A stretch of 64,000 bases of DNA from Octopus vulgaris. Its lineage: Eukaryota. Below the pieces are notes generated by a model. That model was not told the origin of the DNA and made no database searches. It was given only the letters and a program-made list of their open reading frames with translations. The stretch is taken from NCBI GenBank assembly GCA_951406725.2, contig OX597815.1:138136001-138200000 (forward strand), in the 5' to 3' direction. Every line of letters begins with the position of its first letter. The stretch's first letter is position 1. Positions 39,278 through 52,224 of this stretch are shown in pieces. The position numbers were made by a program, and so were the translations under genes.

Positions 39278-40295
39278 AATAAGAGCACCCAGAGAGCGCA
39301 AATCTCTACCAAGGCAACACCAACGTCCTCCCAACGACTAGCTGGAGATTATTTTTAAAATGAGAATACCTGAAATAAACTCGATTGCACTCACAAACGA
39401 GAATACTAAAAATGAACCCGACCGCTCTCAAAAATTAAGTAAAAAAGACCCGGAAAAATAATCCAGAATCCTTGTCCGGTATCTGATCGGTCCCAGCGGT
39501 AGTCATGGAATGTGAAGGTGGGTGTGCAGGCCGTATTTGTAATGTTGTGTGTGTGTCGTCTGCAGTGGCAACGGACAATTTTCTCTATGAAGGCCTTTTT
39601 TAGTCTATCCTCTGATACAGTGTCTTTACGACCATTAAGGTCCATAGTGAAAAATTTATCCGTGCGTGAAAGAAAACAGGAAGGACTAGCGTACGGTGTT
39701 GTTAACGGAGGTTTAACATCGTTGCGCACAAAAACGTGAGTCCAAAAAGTAAAGCTTCCTTCAAGGCAGAGCTTGAAATGTAATTGTCAAGTAGGTAAGA
39801 GGTTTTAAACAGGAGCGATATATTTAAAATTGGTAAAACTAAAAATTGTCGAGGATAAATATAATTTATCATTGTTACTGAATATGTTAGTGTTATTTAA
39901 TTTCTGAACGGGCTTGCTGCCGTTTGCTTATGAAGTTTGATTTCTTTATCCATCAGTTTCTATAAGGCAGAGACGCGAGTAAAATTAATGATAGAGACAC
40001 AAAACTAAAACTATGGAAACAGCAACGCTGCCATAACTTACGTGGAAAACATGAGCGTGCTTTCAAGGGAGATAATTCGAGAAAGACTTGAAAGTCAACG
40101 TAAGATCGTAATACTTCCTGTAAAGTAAATATAACAAATAATCCAGAATTCTTGTCTGATACCGGATCGATCAGTTTGTGCCATTTACGACGCCAAACAT
40201 TCCCGAAAGTTTCATCCGAATCCATCTAGAGTTTCTTGAGATATCTTGTTCATAGAAAACAGACAAACACAACTGAAAACGAAAGCTGATGTAAT
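39278..40295 (-). mobile_element. Helitron/Helentron-like non-autonomous element inserted in the left arm
   Basis: End aagagcacccagagagcgca; other end aagtttcatccgaatccatc...acagacaaacac; internal repeat aataatccagaat at 39458 and 40138. Absent from the mirror arm. Confidence 0.5.
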
Positions 40296-40719
40296 AATAA
40301 GTGTTGCTAATATAGGTACAAGGCCACAAATTATGTGGAAAGAAATTAGTCGATTAAAAGGACCCTTATATTTCATTGGTAATTTACTTTATAGACCCTG
40401 AAGGAATGAATAGCAGTGTTGATCTCTTCAGCCCCAACAGGGTATGTTGGGGGTGATGTAAAGGCTGAAGCCTTTACATCACCCCCAACATACCCTGCAA
40501 AAGAAAGCAGCCTGATGGTAATCATTTAGCCACATTAGGGTTCAATGTATGTATGCATGTATTCACGTATTGGTACTTTAAGCTCTCTAAAACTTCCACA
40601 TGTTTCTGTAAATCGATTGTCATTATTGCGCAAGGATATCAGCCAAATTAGCAACTGGTGAGCGTTCATAGTGAAAAATATATAATGCAAGGTGGGATGT
40701 TTTTCCCAATATATATTAC

Positions 40720-41050
40720 AGGTACCTCCTTGAATTCATCGTTTCCCACCTCTGTTCAGCTTTGTGCAACGTCTTCGGGCCGCATGTATTTTGTTTTCAT
40801 ATAGTTCATTTTAGGGCCTATTTTTCAGCTATGTTTGTACAGCTCTGTCAGTATCGTTTGCAGCTCATTTGTTGTTTCGTCGATAATTACGATGTCATGT
40901 GCGAATCAGAGCTGTCTTCTTAGATCACCATTGATTTTCACGTCACCAGTCAAGTTTCTGATGGCCGTTTATAGACATACGGCGAAAAGCTTTGGAGAAA
41001 TAATATCTCCTTGTTTAATGCTCTTCTTAATTGAGACACTTATGGGCGGC
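40720..41050 (-). mobile_element. RTE LINE RT fragment
   Basis: Minus strand IKKSIKQGDIISPKLFAVCL...VKINGDLRRQL*FAHDIVII...MNYMKTKYM. Confidence 0.75.
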
Positions 41051-41828
41051 GATAGCAGAGTTGTATCGGTGGTGCATATGGATTTCGCATCCAAAACGTT
41101 TTGGAGTATAGCATATCAACTGCTTGTATTTACATACATACATTCATGCATGCATGCATACACATATATAAACGTACATACATACGTGTGTACATACATA
41201 CATACATACATACATACATACATACATACATACATACATGTGTGTGAGTGTGTGAAGAAAAGGGGGAAGAAAAGAGTCTATGAAGCAAACTAGCAATAAA
41301 ATATAAGGGTCCTTTTAATCGACTAACTTCTTTCCACAAAATTTGTGGCATTGTGCCTGTATTGGCAACACTTTTATTAGTTTTGTTTTGTAAATAAATA
41401 TTTTCACTACATTAAATAGGTAAAAATTTTAATATATTTCATTGATTTCATGAAAGAAGACATTCTGTAAAATTTGTAAATTATTTTATTATGCCGGTCT
41501 GTCCTTTCTTTGTGGTAAATAAAAAATCAGTTATTTCAGTCTTGATTTTTCAATACTCAAATTTTAAGGGAAGTAAAAAAAAGATTGATAATTTAAATTG
41601 TTTTGTATACTTCGAGAGAAAATTTTCATTTACTTCTATTATGACGTAATTATTTTTCGACTTCACTTATAAAGACACGTAGAATTTTCTTATTGTTTTC
41701 ATATTTTCAATGCTTCAGCAGACTCCAACATCGCATTTATAGATAGCCTTGTCTATAATAGAAATATTGATATTTCTAACTCAATCTAAAGGAGACTACG
41801 GCAGCGGTACTGGGTATTAATAGTTATC

Positions 41829-42043
41829 TATTTCTTTACTACCCACAAGGGGTTAAACACAGAGAGTACAGACAAACGAATTAAGTCGATTAAATCGACC
41901 CCAGTGCGTAAATGGTACTTATTTAATCGACCCCGAAAGGATGAAAGGCAAAGTCGACCTCGACAGAATTTGAACTCAGAATGTGAAGACAGACGAAATA
42001 CCGTTCCGTCCGGCGTGCTAACGATTCTGCCAGCTCACCGCCT
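41829..42043 (-). mobile_element. Nin/Deu-domain-like SINE with a 14-bp TSD
   Basis: TSD tattaatagttatc at 41815-41828 and 42045-42058; body GTCGACTTTGCCTTTCATCCTTTCGGGGTCG. Confidence 0.85.
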
Positions 42044-42728
42044 TTATTAATAGTTATCGCCAAGCTAACATGGCAGTCCAGGAAAATAGGACGGCAGCAT
42101 TCGTCCTATTTTCCTGGACTGCCATGTTAGCTTGGCGATAGCTATTAATACTTATTAATAATCTATATATCATTAAGATATTTCAGTGACTGTAATATAG
42201 GTTAGTATTTAATTCTACACACATATACACACATGCTCACGCACAGACATACATTCATACATATACACATTCTTATAGTAGTTGGTATCAATCTTGATAA
42301 CTAACTGTATTTACGCAGTAGGTCTAGCCGTACATTAAAGTAGAGAAGCGTTTTAAAAATAAAGGATTATGTTAACTCTCTCTCTCTCTCTCTCTCTCTC
42401 TTGCCCTTTCCAAGGAGATGTTCCTAGATAAAACAAATATAAACTGTAAAATTGAAAACTGCTCTTCCTATTCGTAAATAGTATCCAACTGAATCACACA
42501 ACCGCTATTGCTGACGTTAGCACAGCTACATCGTTCACATAGAAGGAACTGAGAAAGAAATCTCACTTCGGGTGGCAACTTCCCGTTTTGTTAGTGGCGA
42601 GCGATGCGTTGTCATCAACCAATAGGGTGGAACAATCATTAGTTCTATGATAGTTATAAAAAGTGTTTGTTCAGAGAACGATGCAGCAAGACAAGGCTGC
42701 TACAAGCAATTGAATATTACTGCAAACC

Positions 42729-42937
42729 AAGCGGCGAGCTGGCAGAATCATTAGAACGCCGGGCAAGATGATTACCGACATTTCGTCCGTCTTTATGTTG
42801 TTTTGAGTTCAAATTCTGCCGGAGTCGACTTTGCATTTCGGGGTCGATGAATCAAATACCAGCAGAGCACTGGAATCGATGTAGTCGACTTAACCTCTTC
42901 CCTGAAATTGCTAGCCTTGTGCCAAAATTTGAAACCA
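42729..42937 (+). mobile_element. Nin/Deu-domain-like SINE
   Basis: gcggcgagctggcagaatc...gagttcaaattc...gtcgactttgc. Confidence 0.75.
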
Positions 42938-43021
42938 GCATTACTGTAAACATCAGTCTAACTTAAGCAAAATTGAATACTCGGAATTAAATCGACATTT
43001 TAACCTTTTTACAAGGGATTA

Positions 43022-43075
<54 letters not shown>

Positions 43076-43090
43076 AGATACATGCATATT

Positions 43091-43164
<74 letters not shown>

Positions 43165-43278
43165 AATATACATACACATATAGATACGTATCCTTTCAAT
43201 AATTATTAAATATTATAATGAAGGAAATACGTATTTCAAGGATTATTACATTTTGAAGTTAGTGTTTGCATTTTTATA

Positions 43279-43570
43279 AGGCGGCGACCTGGCAGAAACG
43301 TTAGCACACCGGGCTTAGCGGTATTTCGTCTGCCGTTACGTTCTGAGTTCAAATTCCGCCGAGGTCGACTTTGCCTTTCATCCTTTCGGGGTCGATTAAT
43401 TAAGTATCCGTTACGCACTGGGGACGATATATTTGACTTAATCCGTTTGTCTGTCCTTGTTTGTCCCCTCTGTGTTTAGCCCCTTGTGAGTAGTAAAGAA
43501 ATAGGTATTTCGTCTGTCTTTATGTTCGGATTTCAAATTTAAGCGAGGTTGACTTTGCCTTTCATTTTTC
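43279..43570 (+). mobile_element. Nin/Deu-domain-like SINE with a partial tandem repeat
   Basis: ggcggcgacctggcagaaacgttagc...gagttcaaattccgccgaggtcgactttgcctttcatcctttcggggtcg. Confidence 0.85.
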
Positions 43571-44209
43571 GGAATCACGAACTGTAGTCTTACCACCTGA
43601 TGCAGTTTAATGTCATACCTAAGGCAATGTATTTAACCTACGGGCGGGACCTTAAGGGATACTACCGTTCCGGGTTGGAACGGACCTGGGGATAATGGTA
43701 ATTAAGGATTGACTACTTAACGTCAGATTCTTATGTGAAGGACAATTTAGAGATTAACTGTCATCATGATAATATATTGGAGCTGCGTTGTCATTTGATT
43801 CCATTTACACAGCGTAAAACAATTCATTATATATTTTCACCTCTGTTCTAAACTAAAACTAACTCAATAACTATGTTACATCCAAAGGAGCCTAATGCAG
43901 CTGTCAGTTACAACTAATGCATAGTAATGAACTGTAATTCAGAACTCCATTTGTTATATTCAGTTTTGTTTCTCTATTCGCTCTCTTATTTCTCTATCTC
44001 GCACTCCATACTCTCTTTTCATTTATACACACACACACATATACATACAAGCATACAAACGTATATATATCTATATACCTGTGTATAGGTGTATATGCGT
44101 GAGTTTATGTATGCCTATATACGTACAAAGACATTATACATCTACGTATGCATTATATATATGTCTGTATTATACATGTGTATATAAACACACACACCTT
44201 ATATCTATG

Positions 44210-44261
<52 letters not shown>

Positions 44262-44734
44262 TATATATTTGTATATGTATATATATATTTATATATATAT
44301 ATATACACATACACATATAAATGTATAATATACATATATACACATATGGATACGTGTCCTTTCAATAATATTTTTGTATGCATGTACGTGTGTCGTGACT
44401 GCTTTTATATATCGAACAACAAGTAGTGACACACGCTAAAAAGTCCCACCTCAACCCAGGAATTAATTTATAGCAGCACACAAACGCTGAGCAAATATAG
44501 AAAATTATGGACTAATTTGAAGCACAGAATGTTAAGTTATTTAAAGTTCCGTGCAGAAATTATGGTCTATTGTTCTGTGTAAAAATTATGTACTATTGTT
44601 TGTTTACTACTTTTCTCCTGAATTCTATCCACAACTACACTCGAGTTAAAAAAAGGATGCATAGTTTACAGATTTATCGAAATAATTACGATTTTGGCAA
44701 GATGTAGACTTAGAAATATCTAAGTTATTGTAGA

Positions 44735-44768
<34 letters not shown>

Positions 44769-44776
44769 AATATCTA

Positions 44777-44848
<72 letters not shown>

Positions 44849-44991
44849 CTCTATGTGGATATTTAGACCTCTTATAAGGATATTTTTATCCAAGATACAC
44901 TGGTTTAATATATTGTATTTTGAAGAGATATTTTTTCAATGAATATATTATATAAAATGTAAAATATCAAATATTATTATTGAGTCTGAAA

Positions 44992-45029
<38 letters not shown>

Positions 45030-45069
45030 GTGTGTGTGTGCGTGTGTGTTTTTGTGTGTGTGTGCTCTC

Positions 45070-45585
45070 TCTCTCCTCAAGAGACATAAATTTTCAGCGG
45101 AGTCCCTGAAGGAACTGAACTTGGGGCTATTACTGTTTATGGTAACTGTCGGACCTCTCCTCAGTCACACAGTCAGCCACTGTCGTCAGGCTATGCTGAT
45201 GATACTAAAGTATCGTAAGCATTTAAGGATTCTGTTGACACTCTAAAACGGTAATATGCAAGTGAGCTGATGAAAATTACATGCAGTTCAGTGCCCAGAA
45301 GTTTCAAGTTGTTTACGTTCGAGAAGTTGTTTACGTTCGATTCCCAATCGGTATACACAGGCCCAGCAGGTAGTGAAATCTCAGAGTCAGAGTCGGTGCG
45401 TGATCTAGGAATCAACATGAGCAATGATGCATCATTCCATGTACATGTTACAAGATGACGACACTGTACAGGCGAATGGCTGGTTGAATTCTGAGATCAT
45501 TCAGAACAAGGAAAAGGCTACCATGCTACTCTTATGGAGAATATTTGTTCTTGGTCGTTTAGACTACTGCTCCTAACTGTGGCAG
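45070..45585 (+). mobile_element. CR1/L2-group LINE RT fragment
   Basis: GVPEGTELG, YADDTK, ESESVRDLGINMSNDASFHVHV, RLDYCS*LW. Confidence 0.75.
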
Positions 45586-45589
45586 TCAG

Positions 45590-45995
45590 TAAATATAAAA
45601 ATCAAAATGTCCAAAATCGCTGGGATTCCTAAAATTGTTTTCGCAACTACATTATGCTCGTCATGAAATTTAAAACTGATATGCTTATAATCACGGTGGA
45701 GTCCTCAAATAATTCATCATGTAATTCCTTTCATATGGGCATTATCAGAAAATTTCATTCTTGCAGTTTAGGTAGAAGTCCAGGTGAAGAAATTTCTTTT
45801 CTCGGTTAGGCATAACCTGCATCTCCTATTTCTGCTGAAATAAGACTTGCACTTTTCCAGCACTCTCCACATATAATTCATGGCTTGTAATTCAAGGCGC
45901 TTTCCTTCAAAGACTACAAATACCAAACCAGGACTGTGATATTACGTTTCACCTGAATATTAAAGGAAGACTTATCTTGGTCATGCGCACCTTCA
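45590..45995 (-). mobile_element. Penelope-like GIY-YIG remnant followed by a decayed HHR (45625-45669 -)
   Basis: Minus strand DKSSFNIQVKRNITVLVWYL*SLKE / MWRVLEKCKSYFSRNRRCRLCLTEKR; then ATTTC-(A)TGACGA-GCA..TGC-GAAAA-CAATT-TTA-GGAAT. Confidence 0.75.
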
Positions 45996-46073
45996 TCCAG
46001 ACGTTTGCTTACTCCCCTGGATCCTTTGATCACGTCTATCAGATATACGACACACCCTGTAATGCATTGGCCG

Positions 46074-46151
<78 letters not shown>

Positions 46152-46478
46152 TTAATGTGGGTGATTCTTTCTTGTCTTGGGATTCACGGTCAAACGGCTG
46201 GGTGGAATTGCGCGAAAAATTACACATGTGTAGAAAGATCTGGTGGTAATGCTGGGCTTTGTATTTTTCATAGCTCCCATGGTTACTGAGATAATCTACT
46301 ATAATAATACTCGTGTGTTTATGAATGAGAAAGGAAAGAACGATAGATGAATAAGGAAGGAAGGAGTGATATCATACTTGGTAGCGGGATGATGAAAATT
46401 GTACGCTGATAAAAATAAATCAAAAGCATTTCAACTCTGTGTGAATATATATGCGTGTATGAAAAAAGGGGTATGTGA

Positions 46479-46509
<31 letters not shown>

Positions 46510-46710
46510 CCTGTGCGCGCATAATGGAAGTAGGATTGTTCATCTTTGCTCGCTTAGTATTTGGGTTTATTTTTTGATTTGGTTGAATCCTGGTTGTTTT
46601 TTTTTGTTGGTCAGTTATTTTTAGCGTTTTGACAAGTCGAATGCTTACACAGAGCAGGTTTTACAGCTACATCATCCAAACCGACCAGTTGAAACCGGGC
46701 TTAGCTACTA

Positions 46711-46786
<76 letters not shown>

Positions 46787-46830
46787 TAGGAAATGAAGTC
46801 AAACGAAGGTGTTATTCAAATCATTCATAC

Positions 46831-46916
46831 TTCCAACATATGTTTCGAAAAAAGCATTGAGATTATTCCGGAAGGAACGAAAATGATGTAAAACAATGCA
46901 ATCATCCCGTCAGGAA
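46831..46916 (-). ncRNA. Decayed long-stem-II HHR next to (TA)n
   Basis: Minus strand TTC-CTGACGG-GA..GCATTG....CAATGC..TC-GAAAC-ATAT-GTT-GGAA. Confidence 0.55.
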
Positions 46917-47250
46917 AAAACAGGAACAAAACACATCAATAAGCCATTTTAACCGAATGTGATTACCGCGTATATGATGTAAAGGGAACGCTAGCAAGTT
47001 ATTTCTATATGGATAAATATAACTGACAGATGAAGACTGAACCTTTTGATCCCAAACAACCTCGTTTTATTTTAAAAGACCACGAACCAAATTTTTTTTA
47101 ATAATCCAACTTTACGATTTATTTTCCCTTCTATATATATATATATGCATGAGTGTGTGTATACACATATATTTGTATGGAATGTATATATATATATATA
47201 TAGGTATATTTATCTCTATATATACGTCTGTGTATATATATATACTTATG

Positions 47251-47338
<88 letters not shown>

Positions 47339-47737
47339 CATATGTATTAGCTCAATGGTCTAGAGCGCTCAGCTGGAATTAGAGAAGTACAGAGTTCGCT
47401 TTAGCAACTTGCTAGGCCCGTTTTGGAATGACCATTGAAAATGGGATAATATTGGCAGTGCCCCAGCATGGCCACAACCTTTGGGCTGAAATGCATAAAC
47501 GATAAAAGAATATATATACTGTGAATGCCGCTTTGACACGAAGCCAATTCGACAGTAATAAAAAACGGTTGATAACATAAAGCAAATAGCTTGGGAGCCT
47601 CTAATTTTGATAACAATAACCAAATCCTAACATTATACTTATTTATCACAACCGGTTTTCATTGCATATCTATAGCTATATCAATGTGTGTGCATGTGTG
47701 TGCGTATGTGTGTAGCTATCTATATGTCTATTTATAC

Positions 47738-47786
<49 letters not shown>

Positions 47787-48544
47787 ACACACACATGTAT
47801 TGGTACATATGCAATATAAATGTATAGAACACAGAACTTTAAGTGTGCTAAACAAAAGAAATGAGAACATGGGAAAAACTTCACAAAACATCAAGAAAAC
47901 CACTTCCATTTGGCAAAAATGTTGACGTCAATCCATTCTGCAACACATACTTATTTATGTTATTTGCTCGACACACTTAAAGGATTTTGAAGTGAAAAGA
48001 GACCTGTCTACCTTTGCTGGGCATCTGAAGCAGTCATTTATTGATTTTTTGCCTGATCTGAGTGATAAGCAAATGCAATCTGCTTTGGTTGCTATGACGA
48101 GGCCGTTGCAATAATTTTGGACACGATATCTGTATGTTTGAAATATCCATAAATGAAAGAAAAAAATAAATAGTAATAGCAATATTGGTGGGGAAATTCT
48201 CCGACAGAAGTTTTGTTCCATGTATTCAATGGCAGTAAGATTTTGTGGTGATAAATGACAAAACATTCAAAACATTGCCCCAAACCTCACACTTATTGCT
48301 TTATGTAAACATGTGGAAGATAAAGGAAATATATTACCAAACAGAAATGCATACGAATAATTCTAGCGTGGAGTGAGGGTTGTAGACTTAATAGCAGAAC
48401 ACACACATTGTAGAGCATAAACTTCAGTACTTTCAACTGTAATTACTACAGCAGATACTTTGAGCAACAAGTTGATACCCCTGAAAGGATTAATGTGAAA
48501 GATCTGCTTTTCGTTATTGTATACATAAATGCATACAAACATAC

Positions 48545-48618
<74 letters not shown>

Positions 48619-49274
48619 AAATGTGTATGTTTGAAATGGTGCGTTGCGTCAACAATTGTGTAATATTTTGGTAATTTAATTTTATGCGTCGTGTTACAAC
48701 AAAAGTAGCCTCGCATTCAAAGTAGAGACTATCGTGTTGCACCGTCTGAAGCCACCTTTGTGCCACATATTTTAACCCACGCTGATTCTAGCTCTCGTCC
48801 TTCGGGGTGAAGAACTTCATTGAAGCTTCCACTTCCTATTGGTTGAAAGCGTAGAAAGTGAATGAAGGATCGGAACAAGTAGTTATCAGAGAGAGATATT
48901 TTTCCGTAATCTAAACGTGCTTAACCACTGGTTAAACAAGGGTCAGCTTCCGGAACCTGTCACCAAACATGGCTTTTTCGAATACAAAGTGATGGTCCGT
49001 GTCTGGTGGAAGAAAGGAGGTTTCAGACGGATTAATCCAATGGCCTCTATTTTGAGTGCTATAGGCTGTTTTTGTTGTAAGTTGACAAATAAAGCAAATA
49101 AGTTACTAAAATATTGCAAAACTTTTGATCCTTCACAGTGTGTTTATACATATATGCATGTATACATACGTATTTACATATACATACATACATATTTGCA
49201 TATACATACACATACAAACATTTTTATATGTGCACATATAAACATTTATATACATAAATGGATGTATGCATACA

Positions 49275-49770
49275 TTCATAGCCGCCTGGATTACTACTCA
49301 CAGTTATGGTCACCCACCAGTGTGAAATTAACAGCGGACCCTGAAGCAATGCAGATAAGTTCACAAAGAAGATCGTCTCTTTGCAACAGCTCAGCTACTG
49401 GGAAAGGTTGAAACAGCTAAGACTCTACTCCCTGGAGAGAAGACGGGAGAGGTGTGCAGTAATATATATCTAGAAGATCCTAGAAGGAATTGTGCCAAAT
49501 TTTGGCATTGAAAGCTACACCAATGCTAGAACGGGATAACAATGCATAGTGCCAAAAATCCCAGCAATGCTATCACGCTTCAGGACCAGCTTCTGCAACA
49601 GTCTGGGTTTCAAAGGCCCACAGCTTTTTAATATTCTCTCAAAGAGTCTGAGGAACTTCCACAACGTAGATGTAGCAGTATTTAAATCAAAGCTGGACCT
49701 CTTCCTGTCGAGGGTCCCAGATGAACCTACCTCACGGCAAGAGGTGCAAATGAGGGTAGCTATAAGTGCC
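49275..49770 (+). mobile_element. CR1/L2-group LINE 3' fragment
   Basis: SRLDYYSQLWSP, LSYWERLKQLRLYSLERRRER, FRTSFCNSLGFKGPQLFNIL...FKSKLDLFLSRVPDEPT. Confidence 0.85.
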
Positions 49771-49868
49771 ACATATTACAGCAGGCCCCTAGTAATAACA
49801 GTGTAGCACAAAACGGCGGTACATCAGTATGGCCGCCGCTCTGAGCTGAAACTAAAAAAAGAGAAAAA

Positions 49869-49989
<121 letters not shown>

Positions 49990-50162
49990 TATATACATAT
50001 AAATATATATACAGCAAAAACAATTAAGATTCAAGTGAATTCCAATGAATTCAAATGAATATGGTACTTAACTTAGATGCACCAGAATTCTTTATGGTAT
50101 TAACGATAAAATAATGTGGGGTGATTATGACCAAGAAAAATGCAACAAGAATGGATTAGTAG

Positions 50163-50251
50163 TTTAGTACAATTGTTTCATACTAAGAGCAATTTTATTT
50201 GAAGCTGCAAATATTGCAGCAATTACAAATATCCAGTATTCACCAGCTAAA
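50163..50251 (-). ncRNA. Long-stem-II HHR (A6G) in an inverted pLTR-like segment
   Basis: Minus strand TTTAG-CTGGTGA-ATACT..50 nt..AGTAT-GAAAC-AATT-GTA-CTAAA. Confidence 0.7.
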
Positions 50252-50688
50252 TCACATATATGTTTTCCAGACATCCTAGAGAGGGCAGCACCAGTCATTA
50301 CGAACCTAACAATGGGCTACCTGGAAATAATCATTTACCAGGAATCTTTATCAATCTTTGGAAACCCCCTCTCTCAAATACATAAAAGAGAATTGGAAAC
50401 GATTCCTGGAAGATTGTTTTATACTCTGGAACGAAAACACAGATAAACTCCTAAAATTTAAAATCCTATTGAACAGCATAAACCCAAATATACAGTTCAC
50501 AATGGAATACAACCAAAAGGAGCTCCCATTCTTGGATATACTAATTAAAAAAATTAACCTTAAAATAAAAACAGACATTTTTTTACAAAGCCACAGACGC
50601 CAAACAATACCTTCTTTTTAATTCATGCCACCCAAGACACACTAAAACAAACATCCCCTTCAACCTTGCAAGAAGGATATGCACAATA

Positions 50689-51510
50689 GTGTCAGAACAA
50701 AATACCAGGAACTTTAGACTGCAAGAACTCAAAAACATCCTAATTGACAGACATTACCCAGCTCAACTCATAGAGGATGGGATCAGACGTGCAACAGAAA
50801 TCAACATAGAAACTTTAAGAAAAGTTCAACACAACAACACACCTTCCCAGAAAATACTACCTTACATATCCACATACAACCCCAGAAACAAAGAAGCCTT
50901 CACCATCATCACCCAGAATTTACCAATACTTCATAAGGACCCCAAATTAAAGGAAATTCTAAACATACACCAAATCATTAAAAGCTACAAACAACCTAAA
51001 TCACTTAAAAAGATTCTCACAAAGGCAAAATTGCTTTCTGAAATTACGGAAGCAAAAGTAAAAAAATGTGGTAGACCGAACTGTGCAACATGTCCAAAGC
51101 TGCTAGAAGGATCAGAATTCCTCTTCAAAGAGGGACAGAAATTCAAGATCAAATCTAATTTTACTTGTGCCTCTGAAAACATAATTTATGTCATAAAATG
51201 CTCGGGATGCCACCAAGACTACGTGGGATCCACGGGACTATCACTCAGACGTAGATGCACACTGCATCGACAACAGATTGCATTCCCAGAATGCAGAATG
51301 GTACCTTTTAGTGAGCACATTGAGAAATGCGCAAAGCAACTACTACCACAATTTTTAATCTTTCCATTTTACCAATGTGCTATCGGAACACCAACACAAA
51401 TTAGACTAAACAAGGAAACATTCTTCATTGAAAAGTACAAGCCCAGACTTAACCATTCCAACATACTTATACAGAGGAATTCACCCCAAAGGAAAGGCAA
51501 ACAATTTTAA
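50689..51510 (+). pseudogene. PLE thumb/linker plus GIY-YIG endonuclease open segment
   Basis: 273-aa ORF with NIIY...YVG, R..H and E.FFI....P.LN motifs. Confidence 0.9.
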
Positions 51511-51619
51511 GCGATTATCTCCCTTACACCGGAAGAAATCACTTATTACCTCCCCTTATCTAGAACTCTCTTCAACATAAACATAACGATAACTCTTCTC
51601 AACATAAACATAACGACGT

Positions 51620-51659
51620 AAGAAATTTGAAAAGCTAAACGCGAAACCGGTCATTTCTT
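51620..51659 (+). ncRNA. Minimal HHR, U3-A8 core variant, in the PLE 3' pLTR
   Basis: AAGAAAT-TTGAAAA-GC-taaac-GC-GAAA-CCGG-TC-ATTTCTT: 7-bp stem I, palindromic ACCGGT, GUC site. Confidence 0.85.
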
Positions 51660-51819
51660 CTAAACTATGTCATTGTAAGAAAAAAATTTATAATATTCTT
51701 CAGACATATTGACTCAAATATATATTTTTTAACCTTTTAAAACAAGTCTTCTGTAGTCTTTTCACTTTTTACTATTTTCTATATATTCAACCACGTGCTT
51801 TCACAAACCAACTTTCTCA

Positions 51820-51877
<58 letters not shown>

Positions 51878-52224
51878 CACGCATATATACATATATGAAT
51901 AAATATATGAATACACATACACGCATGCATGCACACGCATACATATATATAGAGAAAGTGGAAGGGTGCGTTAAAGATATTTTTATAAGTATAAGACCTG
52001 TGACCATTACATACATAAAAGGCTCAATATAAGTGTAGAACCAGATATTGATAATTTTATTGACAGTGACTTCGAAGTTTCGCTAGTAGCTCGTCGCATG
52101 AAGCTGCAAAATGTACTCTGCATGTATTTTTAGGTGTGTTGGTTGTGTATGTGATAGGATAAGACCGTTCAAAGTTTTGTAAGGAAGCTCAACGATTGGT
52201 TTAGTATATGTACATATATGGATA

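Larger units (their letters stand above)
38710..42357. repeat. Large diverged inverted duplication (left 38710-39283 + 40296-40394; right 41277-41758 + 42159-42357)
   Basis: For example attatagacaaggctatctataaatgc (38927) vs gcatttatagatagccttgtctataat (41733), and atttacaaaacaaaactaata vs tattagttttgttttgtaaat. Confidence 0.85.
50283..51800 (+). mobile_element. Penelope-like element (Neptune-type), 5'-truncated: RT C-terminus, thumb, Cys-rich linker, GIY-YIG, pLTR
   Basis: WKRFLEDCFILW, INPNIQFTME...LPFLDI, SCHPRHTKTNIPF, CGRPNCATC, FTCASENIIYVIKCSGCHQDYVGST; two frameshifts. Confidence 0.92.

Noticed and set aside
42590-42640. CCAAT-box promoter
   Set aside because: Single short motif with no associated gene or CpG-rich context.
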